A DNA stretch of 64,000 nucleotides from the human T2T-CHM13v2.0 reference genome, Homo sapiens. Position numbers and translations under genes: made by a program. This document shows, one piece after another, positions 12,131-27,062 of this stretch. The DNA is taken from NCBI RefSeq assembly GCF_009914755.1, contig NC_060940.1; one strand, given 5' to 3'. Each line of letters starts with the position of its first letter. The stretch's first letter is position 1. The notes under the pieces were generated by a model. It saw nothing but the letters and a program-made list of their open reading frames with translations, searched no databases and had not been told where the DNA came from.

Positions 12131-14541
12131 TCTATGTTCATTTTTAGCTATTTGAGCAAAGTATGAGAAATTAAGCAAGGACTATTATTTGTTGAGGTAT
12201 CTCTAAGTGCTTTTGAGTTTTGTATGTTTCTAGATGGTATATGTGTTTGGATTAGGTATCTAATCCAAACCTTAGGTATCTAAGGCTTTGGTTTTCAATT
12301 ATTCATAAACATAAAAGTATATATTTTAATGATAATAAAATTAGAATACATTATTAAATCAGGAAAAAAATCAAGAAAAGTTTTATAATACATCTTTATT
12401 TCCAAATTTCCCCTTATTTTCTCCCTAAACCAAAACAGGATATTTATTACCATTTCCTAGAATGTTGCATTGGGAAATTAGTTTCAGTAGAATGGTTTTT
12501 ATATTAGATACACACCTCAATTTACATGCCATGTTCTGACATAACTCTTTATAATTCCTTGGTGAAGTTTGAAAGACAACTCATCTTTCCAAAATATAAA
12601 TGTCTGTTATTCTTGGAAGGACAATAAACTTTCCATCCTTTTTTTTATTCCAACACATCGTATCACAAAGTGAAATAGTATCTAAAAATATGAGATTTTT
12701 CAAATGAAACTTTGTGTTATTGATAGCTTATTCTTGCCCTCATCATTCTATCATTCAAGGTTAACATTAGAGACCTCACAAAATGTTGTTTAATGTTTAT
12801 TACTTTAACAAAACATGGAGTTCTAACAAAGCCCTATATCGATATATCTGCCTTAAATTAGATTTTTTAGGGAAATATACATATATATAATTTCTATTAG
12901 TGGAAACCTTGAGCCAATTTATATTTGCATATACCTTCAAAATGAACTTGGTACCTTTATTGTTAATATATTAAATATATTATTAAACTTTATGAAGTTT
13001 CTATTAGTCATTCTGTTTGCATTTCATACTATTTAAAGAGCATGGAGAAATAAAACCCCAAATAGAATAGTGAATAATTTGTAGGTGTATTTCATTTAGA
13101 GTTATTCAGAACTTACTGGCTGCACAATCTTATGATTGTCCAAATCCTCAAAAATATTGACTAACTGTTCTGTTTATAAACTAAAATGCATCTTTAAAAT
13201 CAAATGCAAGCTCTGTGATTTCTTTGTTCTATGCCACCCAATTGTTTGTTTGTTTGCTATTTTGATTTGCTGCTATTTGAGTCACTTGTTTAATCAAAAA
13301 ATCCATGTTGTCTACCAGAACCTGGAGTTCCCAGGAATCTACAGTCTTAATGGTGGCATAAAAATTACTAACAGTTTTTACCAAGAAAGGTTGCCTTATG
13401 AAAATTTGTTAAAGAGTCATTGAACTCGACTTGCATTTATCTCAATTGATCGATTGCACTTACACCAGCAATTTTCATATTTGTTACAATATACACAGAA
13501 AAGAAAAATAGCTGAGGGTATAAATTAGTTCATATTTGCTCTAACTACAAACATGAAAGGGAGTACATTAAAGCTAATCATCCTTCCATTACCTTGTCAT
13601 TGCCACATTTTTACTGATACACGATGTGAAATGAAAAACACAGAGAGCTTTAAGAGCATGGTGATGATGGAGTGGATGAGTGATCAGCTTCTCTCTCTTG
13701 CTTGCTTCAGTATCCTGTCATTTGGGCTGTGTAAATCCAGGACTGAACCACAGGATTTTGGTTTCTTTATGAGAAATAACAAAACCTGGGCTTTGAGAAC
13801 TAGTGAGGAATTGAATAGACAAAGCGTTAATATTTTTGAAGATTGTATTAATGTTATAAAGACCGGAAATATATCATTCTAATTTCACAAATACATTAGC
13901 TATTATAATGATGATAAACTTATCTCAAAAATTAAAAAAAAGACAATATCTAGTAAAGAAACATAATCTAATTTTGTGAAAAACATTTGTATTAGCGTTC
14001 AAACTTCTCGAAGATATATAATGTTCTTAGGAACAATAGAGCTATATGGAGACTGAGGAAGTAAGTGGTGCAAGGGGTTAGGCTTATTTGACACTTTGTC
14101 TTAATAAATCATCTTTCCATTTTATTTTTATCACTTTAATCATCTTTTGAAAGAAGGGTATCCAAACACTAACCTGCATAATACTGTTTATGTGGTAAGT
14201 TCTGAGTATCCCAAATGAGCCATTCTCTACTGAATGAGATCTGTTTTGTTTCTTTTTTTCTCCTATTGACAGCAGAATCCCTAGCTCATTTCCTGCCAAG
14301 TAATCTACATCATCTGAGAAGAGTTTTCTACATATGAGTCTTTAGTACAAATCTCCATGGATTTTAACCTATCTAGATGGTAACTTGTTATAAATAGTTC
14401 TTTTAAATTAATTGATTTAATAATTTTACTACCACTAAGGCATCCTTGTGATAATACTTTGGTTAGAGGCACGCACACACACTCACCTAGGTAAGGCTAA
14501 ATTACTAATACCTACTTACCTAGTTAAGAATACAAAGACTC

Positions 14542-14840
14542 CGGTGGCTCACGCCTGTAATCCCAGCACTTTGGGAGGCTGAGGCAGGTGGATCACGAGG
14601 TCAGGAGATCGAGACCATCCTGGCTAATACGGTGAAATCCCATCTCTACTAAAAATACAAACAAACAAACAAACAAATTAGCCGGGCGTGGTGGCGGGCG
14701 CCTGTAGTCCCAGCTACTTGGGAGGCTGAGACCGAGAATGGCGTGAACCCGGGAGGCAGAGCTTGCAGTGAGCCGAGATCGCGCCACTGCACTCCAGCCT
14801 GGGAGACAGAGTGAGACTCCGTCTCAAAAAAAAAAAAAAA
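14542..14840 (+). mobile_element. AluY, ~9 nt 5'-truncated, 16-bp TSD
   Basis: gatcacgaggtcaggagatcgagaccatcctggctaa and gagaatggcgtgaacccggg diagnostics; TSD aagaatacaaagactc at 14526-14541 and 14841-14856; (ACAA)n-expanded linker. Confidence 0.97.
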
Positions 14841-15114
14841 AAGAATACAAAGACTCTTCAGAATGGAGGTGTCCCCAAATGGCAGGCATAAATGTAGCTT
14901 ATCTCAACATGGCAGGCACCCTTTATCCTGGGATTCCAGGGGTGGCATCAGCTAGTACTAAAATTGTCCTTGGAAAGATATGTTTTCTCCAGACCTGACA
15001 GAGCTGAATACTTAACGTTCTGCTGCATTTTTAACCATGAAGATTAAGTTGCCATTTCAGGAGAACTTACGCTAGTAATCTATGCCCTTACTTTTCAGAT
15101 GTTTATAAATATCC

Positions 15115-16260
<1,146 letters not shown>

Positions 16261-17609
16261 AAGTCTAATTCAGACCCTATAAGAAGATATCTTTATTCAG
16301 GGGCAGAAAGCTCAGGCAGTGACTATGTGTGTCTCATTAAGTCTTCAGAAGAAGTTTTTCTGCAGTCTGGAAAGCCTGTTTTTCTATAATTACGAATGAA
16401 AAAAAAATCAGTGTCATTTGACACACAAAAAAATTAAGATAGTTATAAAAATAAATACAAAGGAAAAGCAACCATACAATTATATTCTAACAAGGCAATG
16501 TTCTTGTATGCGGGCTTTGCACCGTAAACCTACTCTCTGTTAGATTCAGCAAGTCCTAGAAGTTTAGGTCAAACTTCTGAAATTTTTGATGTATTCAAAA
16601 GGGGTGAAAGGTTTATTGAAAGGAAGATGACTTTCTCAATATAGTATTTAATTTTATATTTTGCTGTGCTATTATCTGAAATCATTTTATGTACCACATG
16701 CCGAATGAGTTTGCACATTTATTTAAATAGTGGTTCACAGCACCAGTGTGTAAGCATATGTAGCCACAAATCAATTCACGCGTCCCACATTATGATCCTG
16801 CATAGAATTTGTGAATGATTCACATTAGGATTTCCTTCAATGCCTCTTCTGGCCTTCTTATCAGTCTAGTTGACCTTTGTTTCATCATTCATCATACTAT
16901 ATTTGTGATCCCCTCGTGGCTCTGTAAACACTTCTATTTATCCCTATGTTCTAACCATTCACAGTGAGACATTACTTATTTAAAAAGTTATTGTCACTCA
17001 GCAGAAATCTTGATTATTTAGGATAAATCATTGTAATGTTATAAGGTTTACAGAGTTTTAGTAACTAGTAGTCAAATGTAGAGTTATATTTTGTTAGGAC
17101 AAAAAGCATATTTTCCTAATGTATTTTTTACAAACTGAACTTCAAGAATGGGATCAATTATGATTTTCATTTGAATTTACGTATTTCCAGTTCCAAAGAC
17201 AAAAAATGTATGGATTTAGTGACAATTGACTGACAAGGTTTTCAGAGTTTTTTTAAATCAAAAATTACTGGACACATTTGACAAAAAGTTTATGAAACAA
17301 AGTATGGATGTATGTGGGAAACCTATTGACACTAACCTAACACTTAGTAAATTTTACATTAGGTAATTCAATTTTTATCATGTAACCATATCTTTGTGAT
17401 CAAGAAAATTGTGGGTATTACTACTGACATCACTTCTTGCTATCTAAAATCACTCTCATGTTCATTATTTGATGTAATCCATGATACTTAAATGTGTTTC
17501 TATGCTGACATTTTAACCCAGAAATTAAGACACATGACTGAACAGATTAAAAAATAATGACTGTAAGTATCTCCCAGAAAATAACAGAATTCTTCAAATG
17601 TTTGTATTT

Positions 17610-17770
17610 TTCCTCCAAACTACAAAATCCTTGGGGAGAAATCATGTGCATTTCTCACTATTGTAGGCTTAGTGCTTAGCACAGTGCCTGGCACCTAGTA
17701 AAGCCCAAATTAAAATATATTCTCTGCAGTGAAGAATGGTTTATTGATTGAGTGACTGAATAAATGAATA
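17610..17770 (+). mobile_element. L2 3' terminus
   Basis: agtgcttagcacagtgcctggcacctagta...tgaataaatgaat. Confidence 0.75.
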
Positions 17771-18004
17771 ACAGTTGGTATATTTTACATAAAATAATTT
17801 AAAGGAATACCTGTTTTCCTCTGAACACATCCACACATTTGTATTTCTTTGGGGGGAAAAAAACACACATTCCTGTTCATGGTGAACTGCATTTGCAAAA
17901 AAGACTGAAGTTTATTTTAATTAACCAGAAAATAATAGACAAAAAATGATTTCTCTGGCCATGTGAAACTCCTTGCCTCTGTCACTTCTTCAGAGGTAAA
18001 TGTA

Positions 18005-18485
18005 TTTGTTCCAGTGACCTATTTCTGTATATGAAACCATAACAAAACAATAACCATTTTATTGCATGCTGTGATTTTGTTGGTTAGAAATTCAGTCAGG
18101 GCTTGGTTGAGTGATTCTTCTGTCTACATGGTGCTGTCAGATGTTGGTCAATGGTTTTAAGATGGCAAATGACCAAAGGGCCCGGGACAGCTTCATTCAA
18201 ATGTTCAGGGCTCGTCAGAGTTGGTGCATCTCTCCAATCAGGATTATCTTGGAGTCAGTGGACTTGCCATGTGGTGACTCAGGGATTCAGGGATGAGTTT
18301 TCCAGCAAACAAGGAAGAAGCTACATGGTCTTTAATGAAGCAACCTCAGAAGTCACATTGTATCATTTCTGCCATATTTTAATGTTTAAAGCAGTCATCA
18401 GCCTGTCCAAATCCCAAGGGATGGGGCTTACCACATTTCTCATGTGGAAGAGTGTCAAAGAATTTGCAGTCATGTTGTGAAACTA
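18005..18485 (-). mobile_element. MLT1G/H-like MaLR LTR
   Basis: ctcagaagtcacattgtatcatttctgccatatt...gtgtcaaagaatttgcagtcatg motifs. Confidence 0.7.
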
Positions 18486-19114
18486 GTAGTTTATCTCTGA
18501 TAATATATAGACTTTCTGCAATGTGCTTAGCACATGATGTAATTCTGTCAAAATGTGATATGGTTGTAAAAGTAAAATAACATATTATTTTTTGATTCAA
18601 AGTAGTCAACTTTTGGGTGAAACTATCAATGCTCTTTTATGTTAAAGGTATGGAATCTGGAGCTGCATGGTTCTGAGTTGTTCCTAAAGTGCTTGAATTC
18701 TAGATGGAAAGATAAAGCCAACCTATATAAAAGGAAGTCATGAGAAGCTATATTGTGTGTTGAGCTGCTGTGATTGGAGTTGTGAACCAATCCCTTATAT
18801 CCTTAAACACCTCAGACGTTGTTGCGGGAATTAGTTAAGAAAGCTTCTCTGCTCATATTTTTTTAAGGTTGGAAGCTTTACCTATTTATGGATTTGGGTG
18901 GCTCTGCCTAGAAACATTTACATGGTTTCCGTATTTCGGCCTTAAGGCATGAGAATAACATACTTTGAATCAGTATCCCTACCAACACTACAGAGAAAAC
19001 TACTAATATAATAACTTTATAAACCAAAACATTGTGAAGGAGAAATGAGGGGAAAAAAAGGGCTAAATTTGAAATGTTGGACAACATCAGTGGATCTAGA
19101 CAAGAACACTTTTT

Positions 19115-19247
19115 TAAAAAAGAGATAGTCTCACTCTGTTGCCTAGGTTGACATGCAGTAGTGTGATCATAGCTCACTGCAGCCTTGAAAACTTCTGGGC
19201 TCAAGCCATCCTCCCACCTCAGCCACCTAACTACTTGGGGCTGACTG
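19115..19247 (-). mobile_element. Truncated Alu right monomer (FRAM/AluJ-like) with 12-bp TSD
   Basis: gatcatagctcactgcagccttg...gggctcaagccatcctcccacctcagcc; TSD agaacacttttt at 19103-19114 and 19248-19259. Confidence 0.85.
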
Positions 19248-19349
19248 AGAACACTTTTTAATATTTGTAGTCTTACGGTAATAACTTGGCTTAAAAGGGA
19301 AGAATGAAATTATTAATTCTCTCATATGTATATTTATGGAGAGTTTAGT

Positions 19350-19590
19350 TTAATTCAGTGTGGCCACTGGAATCAGGGATGCACACAGCCTAATGTTCAA
19401 ATACGGGGTCCAGTTATTTTCACAGCATCCTCGGGCAAGTTACATGACCCATCTGACTTTCATTGATCTCACCAGTAGAATGGAGATGATAATAGTATAA
19501 AAATGATTGCATTGTTGGTTAATGAAACAGTATGCACTGAGAAAGAGAAAAGCAGTCTCTAACATAAGAAGCTATACTGCTACTATCACC
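19350..19590 (+). mobile_element. MIR
   Basis: cctcgggcaagttac...agaatggagatgataatagta core. Confidence 0.7.
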
Positions 19591-19633
19591 TACAAGTTGT
19601 CTCAGCACTCACTGCTAGGAGTTGCTCTTCTAG

Positions 19634-20147
19634 TGTTGAAAATAAATGATTTCATAGAATATCAACATCAGACAAGAACACTGTGGTCATGATGGATCAA
19701 GATGAAAACAAGACCCTCCATAATCAAGTCTAAAAACTGACAAAATATGAATATTATCCAAGCCACAAAATACCAAACAACTCCATCTCCCAGCTAGTGT
19801 GACTGACTGCTGCTGTTTTTTTTTTTTTTCTTCTTCCCAATTACAGCTTTAGCCTCCCTCTATTTGACCTTCCCTACACACAGGAGTTGATGAAATGCTC
19901 AAGCATAGAACCATCCCCACTCTCTGACATTCCTAACAAAGAGCAAGGCCCTTCTTTTTTGGATCTGCTACAACCCAACCAAAGCACAAATCCTATCATA
20001 AATCCCTCTTAACAGGTTATTACTGAGATATTTCATGGCTCCTCGTGGTGTGAGAAACCACACACCATGTCTTTTGCTGTGAGTAATAAATACAACTTGT
20101 TGAACCATAGATATTTACTTGGTGGTTTTAGCTGGAGGTCCTTGACA
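19634..20147 (+). mobile_element. ERV1 solo LTR (LTR37B-like)
   Basis: TG...CA termini; atcaacatcagacaag, atgatggatcaag, ccaattacagctttagcctc and agtaataaa motifs. Confidence 0.8.
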
Positions 20148-20970
20148 GTATGACTGTTATAAAGCTGTTAATAAAGTAAGTATAAATAAATGTTAGCTGC
20201 TATTATTGTTACCATTAGCATTAGTATAATTAATATTATATTTTCCTTATTTTTTCTTCTTTTCTGTCTATAAGAATATATTAGTCACAGATTATATACC
20301 AGAACCAGCACTGGCAGGCAATAAATTTTTAGGATGTGTTGTTTGAACACACACAAGACAGAACTTATTAGGACAGAAAATGTGAGGAATGGGGTGGAGG
20401 GGAGATTATCGGGTGTGGAATAAGCACAAAATGTGTAGTGGGGAAAGCGGAAGTCTGTCCTAGATATTTTTTTGCAGGAAAATGTTCAGCTGAAAGATTT
20501 CATCTAATATATTAAGAACACTAATTGTCAATGAATTACAAATAACTACATAGACAAAATGGTAGTCTCTGATGCTTTTTCCAGAAACAAAGTTAGTTCA
20601 AATTAAAAATGTATGGTAATTTATGTTTGGGGAATTTGAAGGCAGTTCAAAGTCAATGGCAATTTATCCTACTACATGATCAGTATCATTGATTATGTAA
20701 TCAGCATATTAGCAAATGCATTCAAAATTTTCCAATATTCATGCAGTTTTAGAGCTTAACTAAAAGGCTTATTTAAATTACGTTGAGAAGAATGTTATAT
20801 TCTTAATTGGGACATTGCAATGAATATTCTAGTTTGCATAGTTGGATAATTTTCAAATAGTGTGCCTAGGTTAAGAAATCTAAAACCTGTACAACACCAA
20901 GCCAGTACACCTTTAATAAAGAGTAAATTATTTTTAAATGCTTGCTTTTTTAAAAAAGAGGTATATTTTA

Positions 20971-21109
20971 TTTTGTATTTTTTGTATTTTTAGTAGAGAC
21001 GGGGTTTCACCATCTTGGCCAGGCTGGTCTTGAACTCCTGACCATGTGATCCACCTGCCTCGGCCTCCAAAAGTGCTGGAATTACAGGCATGAGCCATCG
21101 TGCCTGGCC
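20971..21109 (-). mobile_element. Isolated AluS left monomer with TSD
   Basis: tttttagtagagacggggtttcacc...gagccatcgtgcctggcc; flanks aaaagaggtatatttta / aaatgaagtatatttta. Confidence 0.9.
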
Positions 21110-21239
21110 GAAATGAAGTATATTTTAATAATAGTATAAGAGTATCACAAGGATGCAGTTTAAGTATGTATAATTTTAAAAGCTCCCCATTTGAGTCATA
21201 CCTTGATCACCTTGAAATACTCTAACATTGAAACTGTGG

Positions 21240-21450
21240 AAAAAACACTGGATTGGACTCAAACCTACCTGGATTGTTTAATCCTGGTCTTTTACTTACA
21301 TTTGTGGTAACTTCAGCAATTTTGTTAAGCACAGCATCTTAGATTCCTTAACTGAAACATCATGATTTTAATTTTTCACTAAGGTATGTGATGATCATGA
21401 AAATTGAGTAAAAGAATGCCATATCTTCAGGACTTGGTGTTAATAAATGA
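21240..21450 (+). mobile_element. MIR (degenerate)
   Basis: actggattggactc...cctggattgttttaatcctggtcttttacttac motif. Confidence 0.55.
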
Positions 21451-23478
21451 GTAGTTATATTCCTGTAAAAAAAAAAAAAAAAGCATGTGAAATTCCAAAA
21501 TTAAGCATCAGCTGCTTTGACAATGTAAATCCACATCCTCACCTCATTTCAGCATCAGTAATAATCTTGAACTAAGTGACTAACACTTAACAGGGTTCTA
21601 AGTAAGAGTCGGTCTTGGAAGCCCAGAGATGCAGAATCAGAACATCTCATTACAAAGCTGTGAAGTACTTTCAATAAGACAGTAAATTCCTTGGTGAAAG
21701 GGAGTGAATCTCTGCATTATCAGTATTTAGTTTAATGCAATGCTTATTGTAGACAATCAATTCATGATTTTTTGAAACACAATCACCAACTTTAGGGCCC
21801 TTATGAATCGTCTACTCTAACCACATTGTGTCAGAGTAATTCTCTTGATCTGTTCCATTGGAAGAGTCTCTTCTTTTCTTGACTTCACTTTCCTATTGTT
21901 CATCTTTCTCCAAAATCCTGAGGAAAGTTTCTAATTTATCGATGGGTAGCATAAAAGGGTTATAGGATATAGCATTACCTACTGTCTTGGGTTCATGGAT
22001 CAATAATTTGCATGGAGCCCAATAAAATACACCACCAATCCATAAATTTCAATCCATCCAAAAGATGCTGGGCAGCCTTTTCCAAAGGGGGTAGTTGGTG
22101 GTGAGTTGCTTGAGGACCTGTTTTCTCAGTAGCTACTTCCTTGTTTAAAAAATGATCTTTCAAAAAAGACCTTTGAAACTTCTTTATCAAGGACCCTGAG
22201 CAAAATGGCAAAATTGCTCCCTTGTCCCATGCAACAAACACAAGTTCTCTAACACCATTCAACTCTGCAAGCCAATGTTGAACATGAATTTATTTTTGTT
22301 TCCTCCCCCAGACTAATTTTATTCTTGTGAAACATCTGCTTAGTTTTTAATCTCCTGGACTAACAGTCATTACTCATTTGTTTATGGACCAAATGATTCA
22401 CATCAGTGTAAATAACTCCTGTAATATTGTTCTCTCAATTGAGTGACTCTTCAACAAAACCATAATGAGTAGGATGTGTAACTTCTGCTAATCTTGTTTA
22501 TTATTTGTGGGCCATGCCAATGGTTTCAGTTTATTAAGATTTCTGGCAGGAAAGCAGAACTCACAGCCTTCCAATTTCAGATGAGCTAACATTCTTAAGA
22601 ATCTTGGTAGACATTTTTAAATATAATCCTCGAAGCTACATAATTTTCGCATTCCACTAGCAGCTCCTAAGGTCTTTATATTTCTAATCTGCTTTTGGAA
22701 ACTATAGGTAAACCATGACATTTGGCTACTATCCTGTTGGAACCAAAGGTTGTGCACTCTGGCCAACCCTCTTGGATTTAAGGAAGAGTCCCCAAGGAAA
22801 AGAAGTAGGTTTTATATTTCAAGGTATGCATATCCACAAAATGCAGTACCAATTTTTTTATCCAAAGCTATTCTCTCACACCCTTTCATTCTTTCATATT
22901 TTTTTTCTTTTGAGGACAAAAATTGATTTGAATTTTAATTTTTTAAAAATAGATTGATCATAGTGACAATGGAGAAAAAATAAAACAATCATGCGTATTC
23001 TGATATTTCTAATAGGGAAAACTTGGAAAATGAGTCCACTGATGAATAATCCAATGGATACAGAATTCTTAATCGTTAATAACCCATTAAAAGGGTAATG
23101 TCACAATCAAAATGTTTCTATACAGATTTATAAAACTCACAGGACAATGTTGATATTTAAATATTCTTATTAAATGTAGTATTTAATAAGAATATAATAT
23201 AAATTATAAATTCTTATTAACATTCTTAAGTATTCTTGTATTCTCTTAGATTTTTAGCAAAAGAAAAATTGTTGCTAAGAAGGCATTTTATTCATAATTC
23301 TATTAGACAATGATGTTTGCTTTTCCACTGGCCAGACAGAAAATCCATCAAACAACAATAAAAAAAGCAGGGAGCATTAACAATGCACTTAAGAATAAAG
23401 GAATTACCAATATGTTTAAGATGTGTCCCTGCCCTCAAACAGTGCACATTTTATAACACCAGCTGGTTTCTAAACATA

Positions 23479-23765
23479 GGCAGGGAGCCATGGCTCACAC
23501 TTCTAACCCCAACATTTTGGGAAGCTGAGGTGGGAGAATCACTTGAGCCCAGGAGTTTGAGACCAGCCTGGACAACATAAGGAGACCCCATGACTACAAA
23601 ATTTTTTTAAACATAAAAAATAAAAATTAGCTAAGGGGGTGGTGCACACCTGTGGTCCCAGCTACTCGAGAGGCAGAGGTGGGAGGATCACTTGAGCCTA
23701 GGAGTTCGAGGCTGCAGTGAGCCTGGGTTAGAGGGTGAGACCCTGTGTCAATAAATGAATAAGTA
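23479..23765 (+). mobile_element. AluJ with internal right-arm deletion
   Basis: cacttgagcccaggagtt in both arms (J-type); gcagtgagcc joined directly to tggg. Confidence 0.9.
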
Positions 23766-23884
23766 AATATAGATAAATATTAATTATGCATTCTGAGAAG
23801 CATTTAATACCAATGGTTTGTCAAAGTAAAGCAGAGTCCCAAGAAGTAGATGCCATTTGGCTTCATAAAGCGTATTTTTTTCCA

Positions 23885-24010
23885 ATAAATGAATAAAGTT
23901 ATTCAAATATTTACTGAATGCCTATTTTGTGACAGGCACTATTTGGACTAGAGATAACTCATGAGTAAAATCAGACACAGTCACCGTTCTCAGGGAGTTT
24001 ACACAGAGCT
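23885..24010 (-). mobile_element. L2 3' terminus
   Basis: attcaaatatttactgaatgcctattttgtgacaggcact. Confidence 0.75.
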
Positions 24011-24143
24011 TGAAGAATGGGAACAGGACTCAGGGATTTGGAGAGGACATCCGAGAGGGAAAATAATGTACATTCTTGTTATGGCATTACTATAAATAAC
24101 AGGCAACAAACAGGTCTTGAGCTCATTAAAGAAAGGAACTGGG

Positions 24144-24455
24144 GGCTGGGCGTGGTGGCTCACGCCTGTAATCCCAGCACTTTGGGAGGCCGAAGCAGGC
24201 AGATCACGAGGTCAGGAGATCGAGACCATCCTGGCTAACAAGGTGAAACCCTGTCGCTACTAAAAAAGCAAAAAAAAAAAAAAAAAAATTAGCCGGGCGT
24301 GGTGGCAGGTGCCTGTAGTTCCAGCTACTCAGGAGGCTGAGGCAGGACAATGGCGTGAACCCGGGAGGCGGAGCTTGCAGTGAGCGGATATCGTGCCACT
24401 GCACTCCAGCCTGGGCAACAGAGCGAGACACCGTCTCAAAAAAAATAAATAAATA
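24144..24455 (+). mobile_element. AluY, full length, 16-bp TSD
   Basis: Y diagnostics; TSD aaagaaaggaactggg at 24128-24143 and 24456-24471. Confidence 0.97.
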
Positions 24456-25734
24456 AAAGAAAGGAACTGGGTTTTAGCGTTTACTGAACCCCTAATACCT
24501 ACCTTGGCACAGAAGGCATTCATTATGTAGTCATTAAGTGAATACATGGCTGAATGAGAGAAATACACACTGCTCCTAAAATACAAATAGGTAATTAACT
24601 AAGGACATCTCAATACAAAGCATCATTTGATAAATACTTTTTTAAAAAGGTCCCATATATTATAAAGAAGTAGATTGAAAGCATCTACTCATTCCATGTG
24701 TGCCTGAAAGTTCAGAAATTCTTTTGAGCAACGACTAGAAAGGCCAAATGGAAACACTGTTGAAACCTGCATGAGTCTAGGCAGGTATAGGAAAAATAAA
24801 GCCTGAGAGGATTATTTCCAAGGACAATAGGATTAAGGCTCCTGTTTTCATGATTTTAATCCATCATAGCAGAGAAGAAGGCAGCTCTTCAGAGCTTTAA
24901 CAAATGTTAAACTCTCTTTGCTTTGTGTATAAAGCACTCCACACCTCTGCTCCCTTTAGAAGAGAAGCTGATGAGGTTCTAGCCTGAAAAGTTCAGAAAC
25001 CCATAGAGTAATATTAGTGGTTTCTAAGTCTTTGGTACAAGAACAAAAACAAAATGGAGGAGACGCTGGGCCCTGAAGGAGTTTGGCGAGTTAATGAGTG
25101 ATGGCCTCTTTCCATTTTCTGATATTCAATTGAGCCACAGCAGATGGGCAGAGGCTCCATGGGAAAAATGAATTATGCACATCAGACCGTTGTTGCGTTT
25201 CTCACAATCATATTTTCATCACTTCACCTGTTGTATGTCTTGGGCTGATTAGTTATGCACCTCATCTCATATTGGCATTCCTGGTTCAGAGATAATCTTT
25301 AATTGGTTTTTCCCTTCCATATGTGAGTCTGTTAAAGATTTTTGTCTCTCCTTTCCCTCGTGAAACAAAGTTTGCACACTGACTTATTTTGGAGAGGATG
25401 ATGGTGATGGCTATAATATTAATATTTATTGTGAGACTTGGATGGAATGATTTGTGAGCAAAGCATATTCTAAGTAGTAGGCAAGAGGAAAGTTTATTGG
25501 TGCTAGTATCCATCCTGTGCTTAGGGAATGGATATTTTATAAGACACTTTTTGAACCAAAACAACAAAGTTGGCAAAAGTTACTGTATCAGGGTAGATCA
25601 GACATCAGATTAATTAAAGTCTTGCTAAAAGGCACATTCACCTGCTTTCTATTTGACATCTCCACAATTAAATTCATCATTTTACTTCCTAAAACTCTTC
25701 TTGCAACTTTAAGATCAGATAAGGATTTAATCAT

Positions 25735-25925
25735 CAAGGAAAGCAGGACCTTGTTGTGGAAAGAGCTTAATTTGGGGTTTAAATCTGGTTTTGGATGCTT
25801 ATTTACTGTGTAGATGTAGGCAAGCCACTTCATACGTCAATTTCTGAATACTGCTTCCACCTTCAAAGGGTTGATGAGAAGATAAAGCAAAACAATGTGG
25901 GTGATGTCCCTTACAATGCTTGGGG
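25735..25925 (+). mobile_element. MIR
   Basis: gggtttaaatctgg...ttactgtgtagatgtaggcaagccactt core. Confidence 0.6.
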
Positions 25926-26289
25926 AGAAAATAAAAGAGCTGGATCTGTTTAATAAAAGATTGCTGAATCTGAAAGAATGTAGTAGAAAGTGAATTGTAC
26001 TAAAAGTTAATCCTTATCTGAGATTTTTCTGTAATATTGGGAAAGCAAATATATCTATGGAATACTTTTTGTCTGAACAAAACCAGTACATATTTACAGT
26101 GATTTTGCAGAAGCAAGGGTAGGAGTTTCACAACCCTACCCATTTGGAACTCTCCCCTTCCCCACCACACATTGGAGTCTGGCCGTTTGGCTCAGCAATC
26201 TCTAAGGTCCTTTTCATCTCTGGGATTCTCTGAGAAAAATAATGCATTAATATAAAAAATTATGCATCTTAAATGTAGATCCTTATTTT

Positions 26290-27062
26290 TGTCAGGATCT
26301 ATTCAGGGAAACAGAAACCATAAAAAGCATGTAGGATGGGTGCAGTGGCTCACGCCTGTAATCCCAGCAGTTTGGGAGGCCGAGGCGGGTGGAGCACCTG
26401 AGGTCAGGAGGTCAGGAGTTCAAGACCAGCCTGGCCAACATGATGAAACCCCGTCTCTACAAAAATACAAAAATTAGCTAGGCATGATGGCAGGTGCCAG
26501 CTACTCAGGAGGCTGAGGCGGGAGAATCCCTTGAACCCAGAGGCAGAGGTTGCAGTGAGCTGAGATCGTGCCATTGCACTCTAGCCTGGGTAACAGAGCA
26601 AGACTCTGTCTCAAAAAAAGAAAAAAAAAAAGTATGTAAGTCAAGGGGATACAACAATGGGAAAATTTATTACATGGGTGATAGAATTGCTAAGAAGCCA
26701 CGAGAAGATTGGTGCAACTCAGAGACTGACAAAAGCCTTTACCACCCTAGGCAGGAGGTACCAAGGGAGGGGCAGAATTACCAGATTCCAAGGGCTAGAA
26801 CCATAGTTTGAAGGCAGCTAGAACCACGAATGTAATTTTGATGCTCTCCAGATCCAGGCTGAGGCAGAGAAAGAAGATGAATACATTTGGATTTCCTATT
26901 TCTCCTGTCTTCCAGTTTCTCACCAACCTCTTCTGTTGGCTTAACCTACCCAGAAGTTAGCTAATCTGAGAACCTTCAGAGAACAGCTTTCCTGTCACCC
27001 AGAGCAGAATGGACAAAGGGTAAGGAATTAGATCTGAGAGCAAACAGGTCAGGGACTGGTCC
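26290..27062 (-). mobile_element. ERVL LTR (LTR33/LTR41-like) interrupted by an Alu
   Basis: gtcaggatctattcagggaaacagaaacca start; cagagcagaatgg...gatctgagagcaaacagg end. Confidence 0.55.
26334..26626 (+). mobile_element. AluSx-like with 8-bp duplication (gaggtcag x2) and a short deletion
   Basis: cacctgaggtcaggaggtcaggagttcaagaccagcctggccaac; TSD aaaaagcatgta / aaaaagtatgta. Confidence 0.95.

Noticed and set aside
14050-14525. Cluster of GT donor-like motifs on both strands
   Set aside because: No convincing paired acceptor or exon; expected by chance
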